Shown piece by piece: positions 58,213-64,000 of a stretch of 64,000 nt of DNA (its first letter is position 1; the number at the start of each line of letters is the position of its first letter). The stretch lies in the NCBI GenBank assembly GCA_963826115.1, contig CAWGVS010000006.1, forward strand, positions 1,024,001 through 1,088,000. The letters run 5' to 3'. Position numbers and translations under genes: made by a program. Below the pieces are notes generated by a model, which worked only from the letters and a program-made list of their open reading frames with translations, searched no databases and was not told the origin of the DNA. Origin of the DNA: an uncultured Candidatus Rokubacteria bacterium (GTDB taxonomy: Bacteria > Methylomirabilota > Methylomirabilia > Rokubacteriales > DASRDR01).

Positions 58213-59606
58213 GCGACGCGGACCTCGGGTTCCTCGGCGTCTCGGAGCTCGGTCCCCGTCTCGCCGCGCGGTCGCTCTCGCCCGTCGAGCTCTGTGAGGC
58301 CCTCCTCCGGCGCTGCGAGCGCCTCGAGCCCACGCTGAACGCGTTCATCACGCTCGATCCCGCGCGGATCATGGCCGAGGCCAGGACCGCGGAGCGGGAG
58401 CTCTCGGCGGGGCGCCCCCGGGGCCCGCTCCACGGGGTGCCGGTCGCGGTGAAGGACCTCTGCTGGACGCGCGGCGAGCGCACGACCGGCGGGTCCAAGG
58501 TCTTCTCCGACTTCGTGCCGGACGAGGACGGGACGGTCGTCGCACGCCTGCGGGCGGCCGGCGCGATCATCTTCGGGAAGACGAACACGCCGGAGTTCGC
58601 CTACGGCCCGCTGAACGCGTACCACTACGGCCCCTCGCGGAACCCCTGGGACCCGACCCGCTTCACGGGGGGTTCGAGCATGGGCGCGGCGGCGGCGCTG
58701 GCCGGGGGACTGGTGCCCGGCGCGCTCGGGAGCGACACGGGCGGGTCGATCCGAGGCCCGGCGCACTGGTCGGGCGTCACGGGCCTCATGCCGACCTACG
58801 GGCGCGTCCCGCTCCGCGGGGTGGTGGCGCTGGCGACGACCCTCGACCACGTCGGGCCGATGACCCGGTCGGCCCTCGATGCCGCCCTGCTCCTCCAGGT
58901 GCTGGCCGGCCACGACCCGCTCGACGGGACGTCGGTCGACGTGGCGGTGCCCGACTTCGTCCACGAGGCCACGCGGCCGGTCGGGCGCCTCCGGGTGGCC
59001 GTGCCGCGCGGGTACCTCTGGGAGGTCCTCCCGTCGGCGATCGGCGAGGCCGTCGAGCGGGCGCTCGGCGAGCTCCGGCGGCTCGGCCTCGCGACGGAGG
59101 ACGTCGAGCTCCCGGAGTGGGAGGCGGCGGCCGAGGCGAGCCTCGTCCTCATCCGCTCCGAGGCCGCGACCGAGTACCGGAAGTTTCTCGAGGAGCGGCC
59201 CCAGGACCTCATCCCGGAGGTCCGCGAGCGCCTCGAGGCCGGGGTGCGCACGTCGGCCGTCGAGTACATCCAGGCGCGCCGCGCGTCCGAGCGCTTTGCC
59301 CACGCGCTGCGCCGCATCCTCGCCGGGGCCGACCTCGTCGCGCTGCCCGGGCGCGGCCAGACGGCCCCCCGGATGGACGAGAGCGGACGTCTTCTGGAGC
59401 CGCTGACTGTGCGGAACTACACGGCGCCCCTCAACTATCCCGGCGTCCCGGCCCTGACTGTCCCGTGCGGCTTCGACGCCCGGAGCCTTCCCATCGGCAT
59501 CCAGCTCGTCGCGGGGCACTGGCTCGAGGGTCGGCTGCTCGGAGTGGCGCACGCCTACCAGCAGGTGACGGACTGGCACCAGCGCCGCGCGCCGCTTGCC
59601 GGGTAG
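58209..59606 (+). CDS. amidase signature family enzyme
   Basis: GPLHGVPVAVKD, GGSS.G, GSDTGGSIR. Confidence 0.92.
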   Translation: MSDADLGFLGVSELGPRLAARSLSPVELCEALLRRCERLEPTLNAFITLDPARIMAEARTAERELSAGRPRGPLHGVPVAVKDLCWTRGERTTGGSKVFSDFVPDEDGTVVARLRAAGAIIFGKTNTPEFAYGPLNAYHYGPSRNPWDPTRFTGGSSMGAAAALAGGLVPGALGSDTGGSIRGPAHWSGVTGLMPTYGRVPLRGVVALATTLDHVGPMTRSALDAALLLQVLAGHDPLDGTSVDVAVPDFVHEATRPVGRLRVAVPRGYLWEVLPSAIGEAVERALGELRRLGLATEDVELPEWEAAAEASLVLIRSEAATEYRKFLEERPQDLIPEVRERLEAGVRTSAVEYIQARRASERFAHALRRILAGADLVALPGRGQTAPRMDESGRLLEPLTVRNYTAPLNYPGVPALTVPCGFDARSLPIGIQLVAGHWLEGRLLGVAHAYQQVTDWHQRRAPLAG

Positions 59607-59616
59607 GGGGGTCGAG

Positions 59617-60045
59617 GTGACCAGCCCGTCCGGGGCCTGCTCCGCGTGCAGCGGCCGCTGGCCCGACGCGGAGGACCGGATCGCGGAGCTCTCGGAGAGC
59701 GTCCTCTATCTCCACACCGACCAGTTCTTTCCAGGTTGGTCGGTCCTCGTGCTGCGCCGGCACGCGACGGAGCTCTTCGATCTCGAGGCGGACGAGCGGG
59801 CGCGCGTCATGGACGAGGTGAGCGACGTCGCGCGGGCGCTCAAGCTCGAGTTCGGCGCCGGAAAGATGAACTACGCGCTGTTCGGCAACGTCCTCCCGCA
59901 CATCCACTGGCACCTGATTCCGCGGCTCGGGACGGACCCCGCGCCGCGCGATCCCGTCTTCGCCGTGGCGCACGAGCCGGTGACGCTGGCGCGGGTCGAG
60001 CGCGCCGATCGGATCCTCAAGATCCGCGCTCGCCTCGGCCGATGA
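59617..60045 (+). CDS. HIT family protein
   Basis: CxxC at the N-terminus, HIHWHLIPR. Confidence 0.88.
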   Translation: MTSPSGACSACSGRWPDAEDRIAELSESVLYLHTDQFFPGWSVLVLRRHATELFDLEADERARVMDEVSDVARALKLEFGAGKMNYALFGNVLPHIHWHLIPRLGTDPAPRDPVFAVAHEPVTLARVERADRILKIRARLGR

Positions 60046-61310
60046 CGGTGCGCGCGCCCGCCCGCCGCGGGCGGCCGGGGCGGGCCGGGGCCGTCGTGCT
60101 CGCCGCCGGTCTCTGGCTCGCTGCCGGCTGCGCCGCCGGCCGGGCCCCCGCGGTCATCGAGCCCGCCACCGCGCTCCGGCCCGTCCGGAGCGCCCCCCTC
60201 CTCCGCGACGACGCCGACCCCGCCTCGCTCCACGCCGCGGTGACCCAGAGCCTGGCGTGGCTCGCCGGCCAGCCGCCCGAGCAGGTGATCGTGGCGGGGC
60301 CCCGTCGCGTCACCGTGGCGGACCAGACGCGCGCGCTCCGGGGCCTGCTCGCGCTCCTGGCGGAGTCCCCGACGCCGGAGCGGCTTGCCGCCCACGTCCG
60401 CGAGGCGTTCGAGGTCCTGGAGGCCGTCGGCGGGCCGGACGGCCGAATGCTCGTCACCGGCTACTACGAGCCGGTCGTCGAGGCCGCCGAGCGGCCGAGC
60501 GCGGAGTACGGCGTCCCCATCCTCGGCCTTCCCGACGACCTGGTCGAGGTCCGGCTGGAGGCCTTCGATCCTCGCTACCGCGGGGAGCGCGTGTTCGGAC
60601 GCGTCGACGGGCGGCGGCTGGTCCCGTACTGGCGGCGGGCGGAGATCGACGCGGGCCGCCTGGCGGGCCGCGGCCTCGAGCTCGCCTGGGCGCGGGACCC
60701 GGTGGACGTCTTCTTCATGGAGATCCAGGGGAGCGGGACGCTGCGGTTCCCGGACGGCCGCGAGCGCCGCGTCGGCTACGCGGGCGCCAACGGCCGGCCG
60801 TACCGGGCGATCGGGCGACTCCTGATCGACGAGGGGCACGTGCCCCGCGAGGCGATGTCGATGCAGGCGATCCGCGACTGGCTCGGCGCGCACCCCGAGG
60901 AGCGCCAGCGCGTCCTCGAGCACAACGAGTCGTACGTGTTCTTCCGCCCCTTGCCGGGACCGCCCGAGGGGAGCCTCGGCCGGCCGCTCACGCCCGGGCG
61001 CTCGGTGGCCACCGACGCGCGCCTCTTCCCGCCCGGCGCGCTCGCCTTCATCGAGACCGAGCGGCCGGATCGAGGTCCGGACGGCGCGCTGCGCTGGCAG
61101 CCGCTCGCGCGCTTCGTCCTCAATCAGGACACGGGCGGGGCGATCCGCGGCGCCGGCCGCGTGGACTTCTTCTGGGGCCGGGGTGAGGCGGCAGCCTTCG
61201 CCGCCGGTCTCATGCGCCAGCCCGGTCGCCTGTACTTCCTCGTGCCGCGGGCGGCCGTCGCCGGGTCCACCGAGCCCCTTCAGCGCGCCGTCAGTGTCCC
61301 GCCGCCCTAG
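60042..61310 (+). CDS. mltA: MltA-type lytic murein transglycosylase lipoprotein (copy 2)
   Basis: Lipobox AAGC, TGYYEP, FFMEIQGSG, QDTGGAIRG.GRVDFFWG. Confidence 0.9.
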   Translation: MTVRAPARRGRPGRAGAVVLAAGLWLAAGCAAGRAPAVIEPATALRPVRSAPLLRDDADPASLHAAVTQSLAWLAGQPPEQVIVAGPRRVTVADQTRALRGLLALLAESPTPERLAAHVREAFEVLEAVGGPDGRMLVTGYYEPVVEAAERPSAEYGVPILGLPDDLVEVRLEAFDPRYRGERVFGRVDGRRLVPYWRRAEIDAGRLAGRGLELAWARDPVDVFFMEIQGSGTLRFPDGRERRVGYAGANGRPYRAIGRLLIDEGHVPREAMSMQAIRDWLGAHPEERQRVLEHNESYVFFRPLPGPPEGSLGRPLTPGRSVATDARLFPPGALAFIETERPDRGPDGALRWQPLARFVLNQDTGGAIRGAGRVDFFWGRGEAAAFAAGLMRQPGRLYFLVPRAAVAGSTEPLQRAVSVPPP

Positions 61311-61488
61311 CGCCTGTCAGTCCGGATCACGACACGGCAGGTGACGATTCCTGACGCGCGACCGCCAGGGCGCGCGCGGGCCGCGTGTCGCACCAGTCCC
61401 CGCCCGGCGCTCCCGAATCGCCCGTAGGATCAGTGCTTTCCGTCCCGATCGCGGCCTAGGCTGACGCGTCGCCGCCAGTGGAAAACTC

Positions 61489-61504
61489 GGGCACGTGCAT
61501 TGCA
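61489..61504 (+). promoter_or_regulatory. sigma-54-like promoter
   Basis: GGGCAC-gtgca-TTGCA. Confidence 0.55.
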
Positions 61505-61637
61505 AAACTCCTCGCACGCCGGTTGTGGTGCAGGGTTCGAGGTGCCGAGCGCGCGGTCCGCGCGCCGTGATGTGCCCGCAGTGGGGCGGCACCTCTGTGC
61601 GATGCCGCGAGGCGTCGCGATGCGCGGAGGACGTGCC

Positions 61638-62057
61638 GTGTCCGATCCCGGGGTGTGTGGCGCCAGCGATCAGGTCGAGCCTCGCCCGCTGGCGCTCGTC
61701 GCCGACGACGAGGCCGAGGTGCGGCGGCTGGTCAGCGAGGTGCTGACGGAGGCGGGCTTCGACACGCTGTCGGCTCGGGACGGATTCGAGCTCCTGGACC
61801 TCGCCGCCCGGCACCGGCCGCAGCTGATCGTCGCGGACGTGATGATGCCCAGCATGGACGGCTACACCGCGGTGACGCGCCTGCGCGGCCAGGCCGCGAC
61901 GGCGGGCATCCCGGTGATCATGCTCACGGGCTGCACGGACCCCGCGTACGGGGAGCTCAGCGAGGGCATCGGCGCATCCGCCCACGTGACCAAGCCGTTC
62001 TCGCCCATGGTCCTCTGCGAGCTGGCCCAGGAGATGCTCCGCAAGGCGCGCGTATGA
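61638..62057 (+). CDS. single-domain response regulator (PilH/CheY-like)
   Basis: VADDE, ADVMMP.MDG, MLTG, KPF; RBS GGAGG. Confidence 0.9.
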   Translation: MSDPGVCGASDQVEPRPLALVADDEAEVRRLVSEVLTEAGFDTLSARDGFELLDLAARHRPQLIVADVMMPSMDGYTAVTRLRGQAATAGIPVIMLTGCTDPAYGELSEGIGASAHVTKPFSPMVLCELAQEMLRKARV

Positions 62058-63448
62058 GCACGCGGCAGCGCCTGGGCGACGTCCTGGTCCAGCGCGAGCT
62101 CGTGACGCCCACCCAGCTCGAAGAGGCGCTCGCGCGCCACCGGGTGGGCGGCCGGCGACTCGGCGAGGTGCTGGTGTCGATGGGCGCGTTGACCCACGAG
62201 CAGCTGAGCTGGGCGCTCTCCGAGGCGCTCCACATCCCGTTCGTCGAGCTGTCGGACGAAGTCATCGACCTCGACGTCGCCCGGTCGCTTCCCGAGGCCG
62301 TCCTGCGGCGCCACGAGGCGGTGCCCGTTCTCCGCGTGAATGACGAGATGACGGTGCTCGTAGCCGACCCGACCAACCGGCAGGCGGCCATCGAGCTCGA
62401 GGCGCTGACGGGCACCCGGGTGACCGTGGCACTGGCCGCCCGAGAGGCGGTGCTGCACTTCCTCGATCGCGCGTTCCCGGACTCCAGCGGCACTCATGGC
62501 GCCAACGGCACGAATGGCCACGGTCCGGTCGTGGACCTCACCGGCGTCAGCCAGGTGTTCGCGCTCCTGCTGGGGGCCGTCCGCGACCGCGCGGGCGAGC
62601 TCCACCTCGAGCCGGCCCAGGACGGTGTCCTGGTGCGCGTGCGCGTCGACGGGCGGCTGCTCGATCGCGCCTGGTTCGACCGCGAGCTGCTCGCGCCGAT
62701 CACCTTCCGGCTCCGGCTGCTGGCGGGGCTCAAGGGCGAGCCCGCGCCGCGGACTGCCCGGATCCGGACCCGACTCGACGGGCGCGATACGGACCTCGAG
62801 TTCTTCTTCTTCCCGACGCTGTCGGGCGAGGCCGTCACCGTGCGCTTCCATCACGTCGTGACGGAGGCGCCTACCCTCGAGTCGCTCGGCGCACCGGAGC
62901 CCACTCGTCGGGTGATGGCGGAGCTGGTCGCCGAGCGGCGGACGGCGGACGACGTGGGCGGGGTGGTGGTAGTGGCTGGCCCGGACGGCCGGGCTCGCGC
63001 CGAGGTTCTCTATGCCCTCGCGCGTGCCGCCGCGGCGCCAGGCCGGCGCGTGGTGACGCTGGAGCGGCGAGTGTCGTTCGTGGTGTCCGGGTTCCTCCAG
63101 GTCGAGCTGCCCCAGGGCTTCGAGGCTGAAGCCCCCGCGGTCCTGAACCAACCGGGGGACGTCATCCTCGTCGAGGACATCACCCAGCCGACCCTGGTGG
63201 CGGCCGCGCTGGCCAGCGCAGAGCAGGGCACGCTGGTCCTGGCCGGTCTCGGCCTCTGCTCGATCCGGAGCGCGCTCGCGTATCTCTCCACGGTCGACTT
63301 GCGCGGCCCGTTCCTCGCGCTGACCCGAGGCGTCGTCGACGTGCACCGCCGCGGCGGATTCCTCGCCGTCGACGCCCTCACTCTCACTCCGGCCCTCCGC
63401 CGGGACTTGGCCGATCGGAAGGACCCATGGACGTCGCCGACCTCCTGA
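62054..63448 (+). CDS. PilB/GspE-like protein with MshEN-type N-terminus and degenerate ATPase motifs
   Basis: RLGDVL...RLGEVL tandem motif, ELHLEP, RVRVDG; Walker A reads GPDGRAR. Confidence 0.8.
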   Translation: MSTRQRLGDVLVQRELVTPTQLEEALARHRVGGRRLGEVLVSMGALTHEQLSWALSEALHIPFVELSDEVIDLDVARSLPEAVLRRHEAVPVLRVNDEMTVLVADPTNRQAAIELEALTGTRVTVALAAREAVLHFLDRAFPDSSGTHGANGTNGHGPVVDLTGVSQVFALLLGAVRDRAGELHLEPAQDGVLVRVRVDGRLLDRAWFDRELLAPITFRLRLLAGLKGEPAPRTARIRTRLDGRDTDLEFFFFPTLSGEAVTVRFHHVVTEAPTLESLGAPEPTRRVMAELVAERRTADDVGGVVVVAGPDGRARAEVLYALARAAAAPGRRVVTLERRVSFVVSGFLQVELPQGFEAEAPAVLNQPGDVILVEDITQPTLVAAALASAEQGTLVLAGLGLCSIRSALAYLSTVDLRGPFLALTRGVVDVHRRGGFLAVDALTLTPALRRDLADRKDPWTSPTS

Positions 63449-64000
63449 TCCAGACGAAAGAAAAAGGTGCCTCGGACCTGCACCTCTCCGCGGGCGCGAT
63501 GCCGCTGATGCGGCTGCACGGCACGCTCGTGCCGATCGAGGACCGCGTTCTGACCCGGGACGAGGTCCACCGGATGGTCTACGAGATCCTGAACGACGAC
63601 CAGCGGCGGATCTTCGAGGAGCAACGGGACCTGGACTTCGCGATCGAGGTCGGCGAGTTCGCGCGGTTCCGCGCCAACGTGTTCAACCAGCGGAACGGCG
63701 AGGGCGCCGTGTTCCGCGTCATCCCGACCCAGATCCGGTCGTTCCAGGAGCTTGGGCTTCCCGAGTCCGTCCAGAACCTCGCGCTTCGGGAGAATGGCCT
63801 GGTGCTCGTGACGGGCCCCACCGGATCGGGGAAGTCGACGACGATCGCCGCGATGCTCGACCTGGTGAACGCGACGCAGAAGAAGCACATCATCACCCTC
63901 GAGGACCCCATCGAGTTCGTGCACCGATCGAAGGGCTGCCTCGTGAACCAGCGTGAGATTGGCGCGCACACCAAGTCGTTCGCGGCTGCCCTGCGGGCCG
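63427..64000 (+). CDS. pilT: type IV pilus retraction ATPase PilT (partial; runs off the window)
   Basis: Read directly from DNA: KGASDLHLSAG, RFRANVF, GLVLVTGPTGSGKSTT, HIITLEDPIEF, VNQREIG. Confidence 0.92.
   Translation, partial: MDVADLLIQTKEKGASDLHLSAGAMPLMRLHGTLVPIEDRVLTRDEVHRMVYEILNDDQRRIFEEQRDLDFAIEVGEFARFRANVFNQRNGEGAVFRVIPTQIRSFQELGLPESVQNLALRENGLVLVTGPTGSGKSTTIAAMLDLVNATQKKHIITLEDPIEFVHRSKGCLVNQREIGAHTKSFAAALRA

Overview
A very GC-rich, gene-dense bacterial chromosomal window with about 60 genes. I see no rRNA, tRNA, CRISPR array or intact mobile element. Gene content (multiple LLM oxidoreductases, SDRs, a stand-alone ABC substrate-binding protein, an orphan molybdo-hydroxylase large subunit, a small 'DRR..ERR' protein) resembles Candidatus Rokubacteria/Methylomirabilota, but this is only an impression. 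Most genes serve amine/amino-acid catabolism, peptide uptake, proteolysis or the cell envelope. The most interesting items are: (1) a putative sigma-54 operon of a receiver protein, a MshEN-bearing PilB/GspE homolog whose ATPase motifs are all degenerate, and PilT; (2) the histidine phosphatase/DUF3090/SCO1664 kinase-like trio known from Actinobacteria, here without mshC; (3) an IMPDH/GMPR-family enzyme with an altered active-site loop next to a radical SAM/SPASM enzyme; (4) many apparently leaderless genes; (5) several lesions (two frameshifts, one nonsense codon, macrodomain and MazF-like remnants). Product calls come from motif recognition by eye, with no database searches. Start codons were refined by hand.
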